Part shown: positions 38,101 to 50,752 of the stretch, in pieces
Numbering within the stretch: the stretch's first letter is position 1
How the letters are laid out: each line of letters opens with the position of its first letter
Source of the DNA: Cyanophora paradoxa CCMP329
Lineage: Eukaryota > Plantae > Glaucophyta
DNA: 64,000 nucleotides
NCBI GenBank assembly: GCA_004431415.1
Contig: QPMI01000289.1
Location: 7,119 to 71,118, forward strand
Direction: 5' to 3'
Position numbers and translations under genes: made by a program
The notes under the pieces: model-generated
Told to the model about the DNA's origin: nothing
The model's database searches: none
What the model saw: the letters and a program-made list of their open reading frames with translations, nothing else

Positions 38101-41100
38101 ACTACTCCGATCTCAGGCCTCGCAATTGCGCGGGCTCGAATGTGACGGGCCGTCCGTCAGATACGGGCTGGCCGGGCACTCCGAGGCTCGGAATATTCGA
38201 TCGCGAATCTTTAGTCCGGTCCCGATTATCGGATTTTCGCGATATCGATATCGGACGGGCACGGCTTCCGCAGTGCCGGCCCGGCGGTGGGGACAGTCTG
38301 GCAGGAGAGAGCCGGAGCTGCGAGCCCGGGCAACCTCAGACCTCAAAAGGGCCGAGGGCCGCCTGCGATCGCGGCTGCTCCAAATCCGATCGCGAGGCTC
38401 GCGATAGTCGTTCCTTGCGATCCAAATTCGCAGGCCGGAACCCTGAATCGGGGCAACGATTGCGAATTGACGGATCTCGATTATCAGATTCTCGCGGGTC
38501 ATCGGACCCCATACGCATGGCCAGGCACGTGCACGGCAGCCACGGGCGGGCTGGAGCGCGTGCAGCGGGCTCTGGGTTTAAATCCGAGCGAGCTAGCGTA
38601 ACTTTGATCGTGAGCTCGAGCTCGCCTTGGCCAGAGGCGGCTCGGGACGACTTCGAAGCGCAGTGCCCGAGCTCCGAGGCTCGTTCACTGGCCGGGCTCG
38701 GAATTGGCGTAATTGAACCGTTCAACGGTGGGCAACGAGACCACCGTGGCACGATGTCGGCGATCGCGAGGCGCCAGCGCATCGGGGCGCCAGGCGCATT
38801 GGACGTTTCGGCGCGGGGCGCGGGTGCCGCTGTCAGCTTCGGGCCCTGCCAGGCTGAGGGCAGGGCCTCCGGGACGCAGCCGCCAGCTGTTCGCAGGCAA
38901 TTGCAAGCGCCGATCGCGGGCTAAGCCCGTCCTCTGGATTCGAGGCCAGGGACCGCAGCTACTACTGCGGGTAGCTGCAGAGGACTTCCAGGGCTCAGCG
39001 GCAAGCTGGCCGTGGACTGCGGGGCCTCGGGCCGAGGGGCGAGGGCCGTATACGCATCGGCTTGAATATTTACAGGCGTTCGCATGGCCGTGCGATCACG
39101 ATCTGCGCCCACCAGCCGCCGCGGTGCGGGTGGGGGGCAGAGCCAATATGCCATGATGCCTGGGGCCGGGCCGGGTGCCTCCGCCTCTGAGAGAGGGCGA
39201 GACTCAACGGGCTCAGCGGCTCCGAGGCTCGAGTTCGAGGTCACGAGGCAGGCGGTCGCGACGTCGACGTCGACAGCGGGCCGGCGCCGTGCCGCGTGCA
39301 CGGCGCTGTCGTAAGCGTGTACGTACACGTGACCAGCTTCGATCTCGAGCCGAGGGCGATCCCACGTTCACCGATCGGAGGCCGAGGCCGGGTTGGAACT
39401 TCGGAATTCGAAGTTCGAATTCAAGGCCCGCGATTTTGCGATCGGTCACCCGGGTCGGCGTAGGGCTGTGACCCGGCTTTGCAGCGCTCCTTGCTCGCAG
39501 CGGCGCGAGAGACGCTGTTCTCAGGCCTCTGGAGGCTCGTAGCGGCGCGAGATACAGGGCCGAGGCCTGGGGACCGTCGGACCGGGTACCGCAGGCCGAC
39601 CGTGAGGCACGGCATTTTGCATGCGGGAACTCGACGGATCCCGAAGTCGCAGCACGCGAGATCAGCCATGGGCTCGATCCGTGCGCTGTGATAAGCGCCC
39701 TTGGTCCGGGCGTGCTGCGCAGCTTCGCAATCGCTCCTCTGACCATGGGGCCGGGGCCCGGCCGGCTCGAACGGCAGCTCGGTGATGCGAACGGCAGCTC
39801 GGCGGTCGCGATCCCTGACCGCGAAGGCGAGGGCAACCGCGAGGGCGAGTCGCTGATCGTAATTCGATGGGGCCCGGCGGCCGAGACCGCGACCGACGGG
39901 TGTCGGCGGCCGAGACCGGAACGGCTTCGAATTTGTGCCTGGCGAAGCTCCAGACTCAGTTCATAAATTGAAACCGGGCCTTGGCACTGCCAGTCGCTCG
40001 CAGGCCTAGGGCTCAGCGGCTGTGGAGCCTCGGAGGCCTAGGCTGGGCAGCTCTGAGCCGTGGTGCACGTGCACGTGCTCGTGCACATGACTTCCGGCCC
40101 TCAGCTCGCGGCTGAGCTCGAGCTGTACCCGCTGGCCCATGGCACGTGCACGCAGCGGCAACGTTAACGGCGGGAGCCGAACTCGCAGTGCCAGCAGGTC
40201 CTGATCATGAGAGCCGAAATCGACTCGTAACCGGATCCAGGGCTCGGAAGCGAGCTCGAGCTCGATCGCGAGGCGCCGGGCCGGGCGGGCCGCCGGGCGT
40301 TTGAGCTGGCACAGTGGCGGCTTGCTCCGAGGCTTAGTCAACCGGGGCCCAGAGCGTCGACGTCTCGCTCGAAAAGCAAGCGTGAGCTTCGGGGTCCGGC
40401 CCGGCAGATCCGGGTCTCGGCCTGACAGCTTCCAGTCCGGATCGGAGAGCCTCGGGATCCGGAGTTGAGAGCTTGCATCGAGCAGGCCATGGCCAGGCCA
40501 GGTGCTGGCTCGCAGTGAGAGGTGCGCCGCGCGGCGCCCTCAATCTTGGGCCAGGCCCGACTGCGCATGCGGGGCGTCTTGCGCTTTTTGCGACAGCTGT
40601 AGGCAGAGAGCCTCAGCAACTCGGGTCCCTTTCGAGCCTGGGGCTCGTGACGGCGTGATTACGGTTTGAGCCGCGGGCCGGAGCTCGCCTCTCGAGCTCG
40701 AATCCGCAGTTGATATCGCCGTCGGCGCTAGCGCTAGCGCTAGGCTCGAGCTCGAGCTCTCGAGGACCATGGGGCCCATGCTAGGTAGCCAGGTGAACCT
40801 CGAGCTCGGGGCCGCATGGGCCGGCTGTGCGTGAAACGCGCCACTCTCCGAGGCTCGACGAGCCTCAGAAGTGCAGGCCGGGCCTCTAGCTCCGGGCCTG
40901 GTCGGGTAGCGGCTCGAATTCGAGCATCAAGGCCTCAGGATGCCGACCGGCGCTCCCGAATGCAGCACGCAGTGCTGCGGGAAGACCGTCGGACAGGCCT
41001 AGGGGCCGGTTGCGAGGCCTGGCGGCCCTGATCCGAGCTTGAAGCTCGTGCGGGGTAAATTTCCAATTTCGCAGTCAAGGCCCCGAAGGAGCTTGCTGCG

Positions 41101-43858
41101 AAACCTAAACGCTCAGCCTGGCTCTCGATCGCGACTGCAGTCGAGCAGCCTGGCAGCTTCGAGGCAGGCAGTCGCAATCGCGATGGGGTTCGCCGGTCGT
41201 GCGTGGGCCCGGCATCAGGGCATCAGCTCTGGCCCTCTCGAGCGTCTGGCGCGCACCCTTGAGCTCGAGCTCTGAGCTCGAGGCTAGGGGCTCTAGCCGC
41301 CGGTCGCAAAGCCGGCTGGTAGCTCGATATGCGGTTCAGCACTAGCGGATTCCAAAGCGGCGATAGCGGCCGGATTGGAGCCGGATGCCAGTTGCAATCA
41401 GCCGGGGCCGACATTAGAGCTTAGCTCTGCGGCCCAAATTACAGCTGGAGCCGGAAGCCGGAAGTGGGCCCAAATTACAGCTGGCCGCTGGGCGTTCGAG
41501 GCGGCCGATGCCGCCCGACCCAGAGCTTACTTAGTGGAACTCAGTGTCCGGTGCCATGTGCATGGCGCCGGCCATGGGCTGGCCTGGCACGGCAGACCCC
41601 GGAACTCCGGCTTCGAATTCCACCCGATGCGGATATCGATCGGGAGTCAGCCGGTCCTCGGGATCGGCCGGCGAGCGCCAGTGGCGCGTGTTGTACTCGT
41701 CCCAGGGCTGCCACCTCAGGGCAGGGTCGCGGGGAAAGATCTCGTCAGGGTGCAGGGGCCGCGGCTCGGCGAACCCTCGAGCGCCCCACCGACGAGGTCC
41801 AGTCTCTGAGCGCTTTGGGACTTCCTCGGCAAGCGCGAGGGGAAAGTCGTTGGCGTCACAGGCGTCCGGCGGGGCGGGCCCACCAGGCGGCGACTCGTCG
41901 CCGGCCTTGCCCGGAGCGTCCCCGGCCGGGGTCGTCGGGCATCCCCTCGTCAGAGGGAATTTCGCGCTCCTCAGCGGCGGGGGCCCGGCCGGGCCCGGCT
42001 CTCGTTGCTTCGGAGCTTGAGGCGGCGGGGCTGGCCCAGGCACCGTCGGCGAGAGAAGGTGTCACGGTGTGCCAGGTACCGGCTAGCTGCAGCTGCCGCA
42101 AGCTTGAGCTCGAGGCAGACGGCTAGCGCATAGCTAGTGCACAGCGGAATGCGAAAGATAAAGCGGCTCGAGCCCCTGAGGGCCGCGCTATCGATATCGA
42201 TATCGCTTCGCGGCTCAAGCTCTTGATCATGAAGTGAGCTCGAGACCGCGTCTCATAGCTAGGCCTTCAGCTTATAATTGATCAAGCTTGAGCCTTGCGT
42301 CGACGTTCGATGTGTGTGCCGCTGGCGCCGAGTGCATCACCGTCACCGCGGCGTTGCGTCGGATCCGAGGCCATGGCCAGCGTGCAGGCGCTCATGATCA
42401 TGATCAAGAGTTGAGGCCGAGAGAAGCATCAGCCGAGGGAAGGCTAATGCTCTCAAGCTCGAGATCTTGGCCATGGCGGGGCAAGAGGGCCCTGCCTGCA
42501 GGCAAGGCAGCAGGTGGGTCCGCTCTGCAGTCGGTGCCCTTGAGCTCCAGGTCTTGAGGGCATTCTCAGGTCAAGCGACGGCGTAAAGCCACGCTAGTCC
42601 ATGAGATAATGTGCCTCACTCGAGATCCGAGGCCGTCGTGGTCCACAGCAGCGGCGAGCAAGCTCGGCTGCGGCGATTCTGGAGACAGCTCGGGCGCGCA
42701 CGCCTCAGCCATCGATCCGATCGCTCTTCCTCTCGCCCGGAAGGAACTCGGGCGCGCGGCCTCAGTTCTCAATCCGGTCCACTCGCCGGAAGGAACTCGG
42801 GCGCGCGGCCTCAGTTCTCGATCCGGTCCACTCGAGCTTGTCCAGCACGATCGCAGCAGCCGTAGAGGGCTGGCGTCGCGGCGAGTGACTGGCGACCGAC
42901 CGGGAATAGCACCCTCGGGCTCGCACGGCAGCTCGCGCAGGCGGCGTCGACGAATCCGACCGGGAATAGCACCCTCGGGTATTCGCGCGCGGGCCTGGCT
43001 TCCACAGGACTAAGTTCTGGCCGTCGTAACCGCGCTGAGCCAGAACCTCAGCCCGCGGCCGTGGGCGCCAGGCTAAGCCACGCGGCTGCCCCCATGTCTC
43101 CTCCAGATCCGCTGAAGGATCTGCGGGCGAGCGGCTCGCCTGGCTCTCTATAGCTGGCCAGCGACCGCCCGCGCTTTGTGGGGCGCGCGCGGCGCAGGCG
43201 AGGTCCGAGCCCGTACGCGTCCAGTGCCAGGATCAAATCTGCCGACCCCAGCAGATCAAATCCCAAGGGCGAGGGCCAGGCGCGCACCCCGAGGGCCGTG
43301 CGCGTGCGCTGCGCCAGCACAGGCCGTGAAGAACTCCGGCGCGAAGCGCTGGGCTCGGAGTGCAAGGCTAGCGAGAGCCAGCACAGCCGATCGACCAGAC
43401 TCATGCACGCCTCGGTCCAGGGCGAGGCTCGCCAGTCGCCGGTCGTCGTAAAGGTCTTCTTTTATCTGCTCGAGGCCGTACGCGCGGCGCTGCGCGGCGG
43501 GGCGCGCGTACGGGCATGGGCGTCGAGGTTGTCCCTCGGGGATCTGGACAAGATCTGCGGCGTCCGTCGGCGAGGGCGACGGGAGGGCGCGTCCGACCGC
43601 ATTTATCGGTTCTCCAGAGCTAGTTCTACGTTTCCGGTGCGCTGACGGAGAGCCTGGCGGCTCGCTGAGGCTGATCGCTGTGTGCGTATCGATCGCACGC
43701 CGATCCGGGCCCGCCGGTGCGCGGGGGTCGCCGATCGGCACTGAAACGATGTTTCTAGAGCTACTAGCGATGCGTGCGCATCGCTGATGGTCGCCGAAGA
43801 TGACGGGCTGATGCTGTCGGAGGCTGCCCACGGGCCCAGTTCCGTGAGCAGTGGCGCC

Positions 43859-44141
43859 TGTCGGATGGGAGGTATTCCCACCCGATTGGGCACCCGCGCA
43901 GTACTGCGCGGGGCCGGCTCCCTGTGCTGGAGCAGCTGTAGATGCAGGCTGGTGTATTCACTGTGTACCCGGAAGACTACTGACTCTGTACCCCTAAGAC
44001 AGGTAGAGGCAGGCCAGCGTAGGCTACCGAGAGGTAAGCCTACAGGAAGAGAGACTATGCTAAGCCACTCAGGCTACGTCAGGCACCAACTAGCTCTAGT
44101 CACTAAGTCACCGCAAGGCCAGGGAATCGAGCCAGGCGACA
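43859..44141 (-). repeat. LTR (5' LTR in element orientation)
   Basis: Direct repeat of 31902-32183. Confidence 0.95.
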
Positions 44142-45786
44142 GCGCTAGCTAGATCTAGCGTGCGCTAGCGTTAGCTAGCTGTCTGATCATGAAAGCTTGA
44201 TGCAGCGCTATATATATACATAGCTAGCTAGCACCGTGGCACTATATATATATTGAAGGATCGGAGTAGTGCGCAAGCACCGCTTTATATTCTTTCAATT
44301 AAAAACGCAGCAAAAATGTTTATGCATCCGTTCCCGGTTTTTTGTATGGGCCAGTTCGCAACATTATTGGGCAGCCGCCATAGTAAAAACCGGGAAAATT
44401 CCCGGTTTTTTTGGTAACAGGTTCGATTCCGAGTAAGCCAGTTTGACTTAGCGAATTCGAGCCGTTCTTGAGCTCGATACAGTCATCCTATCCATGGAGT
44501 CTACCTCCCACACCACACATCGATCTAGTCGACGTCTCTACGTCACCTTCGCACTAACCTGCGTACCTCTATCGAACTAGCCTGCCAGCTGAGAGTGCCG
44601 CGGAGCCTGCGCGCGGGGTGATCCTCAGAAAGGGCTGCTGCTGGGCGCAAGGAATTCGAAAGAGAGGGAGGCAGAGGCATCCGAGGGGCGCAGCAGGGCG
44701 CAGGGCGATGAGCTTCGGCTGGCGGCGGTCAGCACGACAAAGAGAAGCGAGGCAGGGGCGTGGTGCCCCCAGCAGCCTCTGCCCCAGGAGGCCCCTGCAC
44801 GGCCTGAGACGCCGGCGTGCCCTGCCAGGAGGAGGTGGGGGTCCGGGGGGGGGGGGGGGGGGTCCGGGGGGGGAGGAGAGGGCGGGGGAAGGGGGAGGGG
44901 GGGGGCGCACGGCGGATCCGAGCACGGCGTAGGGACCAGGGCTGCGGGGCCAGGGCCTGGACCGGAGAAGGGGCGGGCGTTGGGGAGGGCGGAGAGGGAG
45001 GCGGGGCGTGGGGGGCCCGTGGGGCGCCCGCGGTGGCGTGGCGTGCGGGCGTGGGATAGTGAGCGCGCGTCGCGGGGCGGGGCGTGAGCGTGCCGGCTGC
45101 CGTGCCCGGCCGCACCCCCGGCGGAGAAGGCGAGCGGCGCCGGCGCCGGGATCGCGATCGGAACGCCGGGTGGAGGGTAGGGACGGCGGCGGCGCCCAGG
45201 CCGCTGCAGCGGCAGGGGCGGGGTTCGGGGCCGCCGGTGAGGAGGTAGGCGGGGTCGGGGGCGGGGCCCGAGAGAAGCGCAAGGGGTGCACCCGCCGGGG
45301 CAAGCGGGGGCGGGGCGCAGGGCGTACCCCTCGTAGCAGGCACATAGGGGTACCTGCACAACGAGGCTTGACGGGGTACGTGTTCACGATGAGGACCAAC
45401 GGCGTGACGGGTGACGTGCTATGCCCAGCCGCGCCTTGGCTTGAGGACAGCCGATTCGGGCGTTATGCGAGGCTCCTCGCAACCGGGGCCCTTAATTTCC
45501 AATAAAAGACTTGATAAAAGAATTTGATCGCCGAATTCTTTAAGGGTTTTTTGTAAGAGCCTTTCTCATGCTATGCAAGGACCTTAATTCCGCCAGTTAA
45601 GCGGTATTGCTAATATCATAAGCGTTCCGAAATGCAAGTAAAAATTAAGCAAGTCGCAGGGCGCGACTACGTTTTGAGGAGGGCCCAGACGCACTGATTC
45701 ATAGCAAGCAGGCAGAGATAGCGAACCGTTATCTGCGGCTTTCAGTCAGCGTGTTCTACCTCGAGCGTGCAGCCGGCCGGCCAGCC

Positions 45787-48083
45787 TGGGCCCTCCTCAA
45801 ATAATAGTCGCGCCTAGGGCAACGTACCGAGGACCCCTGAGCCGCCACCGGACGCACGGGCTTGCGGATCTTCTCCGTCATCGGAGCGACCTGCGGACGC
45901 ATGTCATTTAGCAGCCGGGCGGGTACAGCACCCCCGCCGGCCGGCCATAAGAAAAATTAATTGAAAAATTCGAGATTTTTGCTTTGGAAAATGCACTCCA
46001 AAACATGATGGCTGAGAGGAGGGTACAGCAACAGTGGCGAACCTTGGGCGTCTGCAGGCTCCACCTCGGAAGCCGGCCTCGTCTGGGGCCTGCACGTGCG
46101 TGCCTCCTAGTATGAGCCACGCGTACGCTTGCGCTAGACGCTGTAGCTAGCTATAGCGATAGCGCTGGCATGGAGCAGGGTAATGGCTTGCAAATTGCTG
46201 CCGCACCTAGAGCTCGAGCTCGATACCGCGGCCGGTGCTCCTGCGCTGGCCGCCGGGCCCGGGGCGCCAGGCCGCCGCATGCGCAGTGTCTCAGGGTCTG
46301 TCGCCGGCGAGCGAGCAGCTCCAGCGCTAGCTATATATAGCTAGCTAGCCTAGCTATAGTAGCCTATAGCTAGTAGTGCCGGCAGCTGCGCATGCAGCGC
46401 TAGCTATAGCCTAGTAGCGCTCGCTCTCTAGCTATAGCGCTAGCTAGATCTAGCGTGCGCTAGCGTTAGCTAGCTGTCTGATCATGAAAGCTTGATGCAG
46501 CGCTATATATATACATAGCTAGCTAGCACCGTGGCACTATATATATATTGAAGGATCGGAGTAGTGCGCAAGCACCGCTTTATATTCTTTCAATTAAAAA
46601 CGCAGCAAAAATGTTTATGCATCCGTTCCCGGTTTTTTGTATGGGCCAGTTCGCAACATTATTGGGCAGCCGCCATAGTAAAAACCGGGAAAATTCCCGG
46701 TTTTTTTGGTAACAGGTTCGATTCCGAGTAAGCCAGTTTGACTTAGCGAATTCGAGCCGTTCTTGAGCTCGATACAGTCATCCTATCCATGGAGTCTACC
46801 TCCCACACCACACATCGATCTAGTCGACGTCTCTACGTCACCTTCGCACTAACCTGCGTACCTCTATCGAACTAGCCTGCCAGCTGAGAGTGCCGCGGAG
46901 CCTGCGCGCGGGGTGATCCTCAGAAAGGGCTGCTGCTGGGCGCAAGGAATTCGAAAGAGAGGGAGGCAGAGGCATCCGAGGGGCGCAGCAGGGCGCAGGG
47001 CGATGAGCTTCGGCTGGCGGCGGTCAGCACGACAAAGAGAAGCGAGGCAGGGGCGTGGTGCCCCCAGCAGCCTCTGCCCCAGGAGGCCCTGCACGGCCTG
47101 AGACGCCGGCGTGCCCTGCCAGGAGGAGGTGGGGGTCCGGGGGGGGGGGGGGGTCCGGGGGGGGAGGGAGAGGGCGGGGGAAGGGGGGAGGGGGGGGGCG
47201 CACGGCGGATCCGAGCACGGCGTAGGGACCAGGGCTGCGGGGGCCAGGGCCTGGACCGGAGAAGGGGCGGGCGTTGGGGAGGGCGGAGAGGGAGGGCGGG
47301 GCGTGGGGGCCCGTGGGGCGCCCGCGGTGGCGTGGCGTGCGGGCGTGGGGATAGTGAGCGCGCGTCGCGGGGCGGGGGCGTGAGCGTGCCGGCTGCCGTG
47401 CCCGGCCGCACCCCCGGCGGAGAAGGCGAGCGGCGCCGGCGCCGGGATCGCGATCGGAACGCCGGGTGGAGGGGTAGGGACGGCGGCGGCGCCCAGGCCG
47501 CTGCAGCGGCAGGGGCGGGGTTCGGGGCCGCCGGTGAGGAGGTAGGCGGGGTCGGGGGCGGGGCCCGAGAGAAGCGCAAGGGGTGCACCCGCCGGGGCAA
47601 GCGGGGGCGGGGCGCAGGGCGTACCCCTCGTAGCAGGCACATAGGGGTACCTGCACAACGAGGTTTGACGGGGTACGTGTTCACGATGAGGACCAACGGC
47701 GTGACGGGTGACGTGCTATGCCCAGCCGCGCCTTGGCTTGAGGACAGCCGATTCGGGCGTTATGCGAGGCTCCTCGCAACCGGGGCCCTTAATTTCCAAT
47801 AAAAGACTTGATAAAAGAATTTGATCGCCGAATTCTTTAAGGGTTTTTTGTAAGAGCCTTTCTCATGCTATGCAAGGACCTTAATTCCGCCAGTTAAGCG
47901 GTATTGCTAATATCATAAGCGTTCCGAAATGCAAGTAAAAATTAAGCAAGTCGCAGGGCGCGACTACGTTTTGAGGAGGGCCCAGACGCACTGATTCATA
48001 GCAAGCAGGCAGAGATAGCGAACCGTTATCTGCGGCTTTCAGTCAGCGTGTTCTACCTCGAGCGTGCAGCCGGCCGGCCAGCC
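45787..48083. mobile_element. Copy 2 (uninterrupted, 2297 bp) of the tandem non-autonomous element
   Basis: Head-to-tail with copies 1 and 3 through the junction GGCCAGCC|TGGGCCC. The right IR is at 47957-47985, followed by a tail of about 98 bp containing the hairpin AGATAGCG-AAC-CGTTATCT. Confidence 0.88.
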
Positions 48084-50752
48084 TGGGCCCTCCTCAAATA
48101 ATAGTCGCGCCTAGGGCAACGTACCGAGGACCCCTGAGCCGCCACCGGACGCACGGGCTTGCGGATCTTCTCCGTCATCGGAGCGACCTGCGGACGCATG
48201 TCATTTAGCAGCCGGGCGGGTACAGCACCCCCGCCGGCCGGCCATAAGAAAAATTAATTGAAAAATTCGAGATTTTTGCTTTGGAAAATGCACTCCAAAA
48301 CATGATGGCTGAGAGGAGGGTACAGCAACAGTGGCGAACCTTGGGCGTCTGCAGGCTCCACCTCGGAAGCCGGCCTCGTCTGGGGCCTGCACGTGCGTGC
48401 CTCCTAGTATGAGCCACGCGTACGCTTACGCTAGACGCTGTAGCTAGCTATAGCGATAGCGCTGGCATGGAGCAGGGTAATGGCTTGCAAATTGCTGCCG
48501 CACCTAGAGCTCGAGCTCGATACCGCGGCCGGTGCTCCTGCGCTGGCCGCCGGGCGCCAGGCCGCCGCAGGTTTAGTTTCTGCCGTCGCCATGAGGGGGC
48601 GAGGCGGGCGCCTCGGGCGTACGGGGACGTGGCGGGGGGGGGGGGGGGGGGGGGGGGGGGGACGGGGGGGGGCGGGGGGGGCGGGGGGGGCGGGGAGGGG
48701 GGGGGGGGCGGGGGCGGCGGCGGGGGTACGGGGACGTACCGTCGTCGGAGTTGGCGGGGGTCCACTCGTACCCCGCTAGAAGCGAGAAATAGGATCGCGG
48801 GGCCCGTCACCCCCACCACCTCAATCCGGCCTGCGAGGCGCGCCCCCCCCCCCCCCCCCGTGAGGGGGCGAGGCGGGCGCCTCGGTTGGGGCGGTGGGGG
48901 GTACGGGGACGTACCATCGCGTCGGAGTCGGCGGTGCTGCCCCCGCTAAGAGGCCGCCGGTCCGGGAGGGGCGGGGGCGGGGGCGGGGCGGGGGCGGACG
49001 GCGAGGTCGCGCTCGAGGCGGTGTGGTCGCGGGTGAGGCCGTCGTGCGACCGCGCCGCCTCCCCAGGGCCCCTTGGCCGCCCGCGCCTCCTTCTCGGCCG
49101 CCCGCAGCCGCCCCTCCAGCTCCTCCTTCTCCCGCCGAGCCCCATCCAGCTTCGTGATCAGCCCGGCCGCCTGCAGCTCCACGTCCCGCACCCGCCCCTC
49201 CGCCTCCCGCAGCTGCCCCTCCAGGCCCCGGTTGCGCGCCTCAACTTGGCAACGCCCTCCAGCGCTCGAGCGCGGGGCGCCGCGGGGGCGGGGCTAGCCG
49301 GGGATCCAGAGCTGGTGGCTGGCAAAGTAGGCCCGCTCCTCCTCCACTGACGGCACGCACACGCACCCGTCCACGTCCACCTGCCCCGCGCTCGCCGCCC
49401 GTGCCCGGGGCGGGTGGGGTGGGCAGGGCGGGGACGTACCGTCGTTGGGGTCGGCGGGGGCCCACTCGTACCGTCGTCAGGGTCGGCGGGGGGCGCCGCG
49501 GCTCCCGGCCCCCCAGCCGCTCCCGCACCGCCGCCACCGCCCGCCCCTGCTTCACCACCACCCCGCTCACCCGTGCCTGGCCAGCGGCGTGCCCGGCTCA
49601 GTTCAGAAAGCGTGCGGCGGGCGGCAGGCGGCGGGCAGGCGGGTGGGCGGGCGGACCGGCTCGGCCTCGAGGCGGGCGATGGCGGCCTCGGAGACGCGGG
49701 CGGCGGCGTCCACGCCCTCCACGCGCCCCGCGAGCGCCTCGAGCCGCGTCCGGTACGCCCCGCAAGATCTGTGGCCACGGATCAGCGAGGATCGCGCGGC
49801 GGCCGGGCAAGCAGGCCTCGGCGAGGATCGCGCGGCGGCAAGCAGCCGTCCGGGAGGAGCTCGTACCTAGTCCTCCGGAATTCATCGAGGATCGCGACCG
49901 TCGGACACCTGGCGCACTCGGCTGCAGGCCTGCAGGCCGGTGCACGCCTCGATGCACGCAAGATCTGTGGCCGCGGATCAGCGAGGATCGCGCGGCGGCC
50001 GGGCAAGCAGGCCTCGGCGAGGATCGCGCGGCGGCAAGCAGCCGTCCGGGAGGAGCTCGTACCTAGACCTCCGGAATCCATCGAGGATCGCGACGCCTGG
50101 CGCACTGCGGCACTCGGCTGCAGCTGCAGGCCTGCAGTTGCGCATGCTCGTCGCTCGGCGAATCGCTCGGTGGTTGCAGTCGCCGAGGCAAGTCGCTCGG
50201 CCTGCAGTTGCACTCGCAGAGGAAGTCGCGGAGGCGAATATACTGATACCCCCGGAGCCCAGCATAGTTAGGAAATCAACTTTTTAAGCGCCGATAGTGG
50301 TGCCGAGATCGGCGCCTAATTCCCGCAAGAAAAAAAGATCTGGCGCGCCTAACGATGAGGACCAACGGCGTGACGGGTGACGTGCTATGCCCAGCCGCGC
50401 CTTGGCTTGAGGACAGCCGATTCGGGCGTTATGCGAGGCTCCTCGCAACCGGGGCCCTTAATTTCCAATAAAAGACTTGATAAAAGAATTTGATCGCCGA
50501 ATTCTTTAAGGGTTTTTTGTAAGAGCCTTTCTCATGCTATGCAAGGACCTTAATTCCGCCAGTTAAGCGGTATTGCTAATATCATAAGCGTTCCGAAATG
50601 CAAGTAAAAATTAAGCAAGTCGCAGGGCGCGACTACGTTTTGAGGAGGGCCCAGACGCACTGATTCATAGCAAGCAGGCAGAGATAGCGAACCGTTATCT
50701 GCGGCTTTCAGTCAGCGTGTTCTACCTCGAGCGTGCAGCCGGCCGGCCAGCC
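48084..50752. mobile_element. Copy 3 (2669 bp) of the tandem element with a different interior
   Basis: Shares the first 485 bp or so and the last 400 bp or so (50352-50752, right IR 50626-50654) with copies 1 and 2. 48570-50350 is unrelated sequence that includes a direct duplication with a period of about 196 bp (49761-49898 / 49957-50094). Confidence 0.85.
48930..49760 (-). pseudogene. Host-like coiled-coil gene fragment(s) inside element copy 3
   Basis: Minus-strand frame ...REAEGRVRDVELQAAGLITKLDGARREKEELEGRLRAAEKEARAAKG... flanked by host-style GC-rich intron-like sequence. No complete gene is evident. Confidence 0.45.

Larger units (their letters stand above)
31902..44141 (-). mobile_element. 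LTR retrotransposon (probably Ty3/gypsy-derived) with a degenerate interior
   Basis: 282/283 bp LTRs with TGTCG...CGACA ends. The 5-bp TSD is GCACT (31897-31901) / GCGCT (44142-44146), and the empty site in copy 2 has a single GCGCT. A polypurine tract GGAAGAGGAGT on the minus strand abuts the left LTR. Weak minus-strand remnants resemble RNase H (DHR..LALLRANEFDIAVKFV, about 35385-35495) and integrase C-terminus/chromodomain (VHPVVP; IVEAFLLFDDVRLKGSYLYRVH, about 33200-33370). Confidence 0.85.
31247..45786. mobile_element. Copy 1 of a tandem non-autonomous element (about 2.3 kb), split by the LTR retroelement
   Basis: 31247-31901 plus 44142-45786 matches copy 2 (45787-48083). The left IR CTGGGCCCTCCTCAAATAATAGTCGCGCC (31246-31274) pairs with the subterminal right IR GGCGCGACTACGTTTTGAGGAGGGCCCAG (45660-45688). 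Confidence 0.85.

Noticed and set aside
42732-42980. 50-bp tandem duplication and 23-bp repeat pair inside the LTR element
   Set aside because: Ordinary local duplications in a decayed interior; no further structure.
31902-44141. DIRS/Ngaro tyrosine-recombinase retroelement with split direct repeats
   Set aside because: The repeats are a simple LTR pair with TG..CA ends, a 5-bp TSD and a PPT; there is no A-B-A-B arrangement.
44420-44430. GGTTCGATTCC, a tRNA T-loop / Pol III B-box-like motif (also about 46716)
   Set aside because: No cloverleaf, acceptor stem or convincing A-box around it; not called as a tRNA or SINE.
31246-45688. PIF/Harbinger MITE (GGGCCC-starting TIRs)
   Set aside because: No matching TSD flanks the IR pair, and all three copies carry the same 98-bp tail beyond the right IR. 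Not fully excluded.
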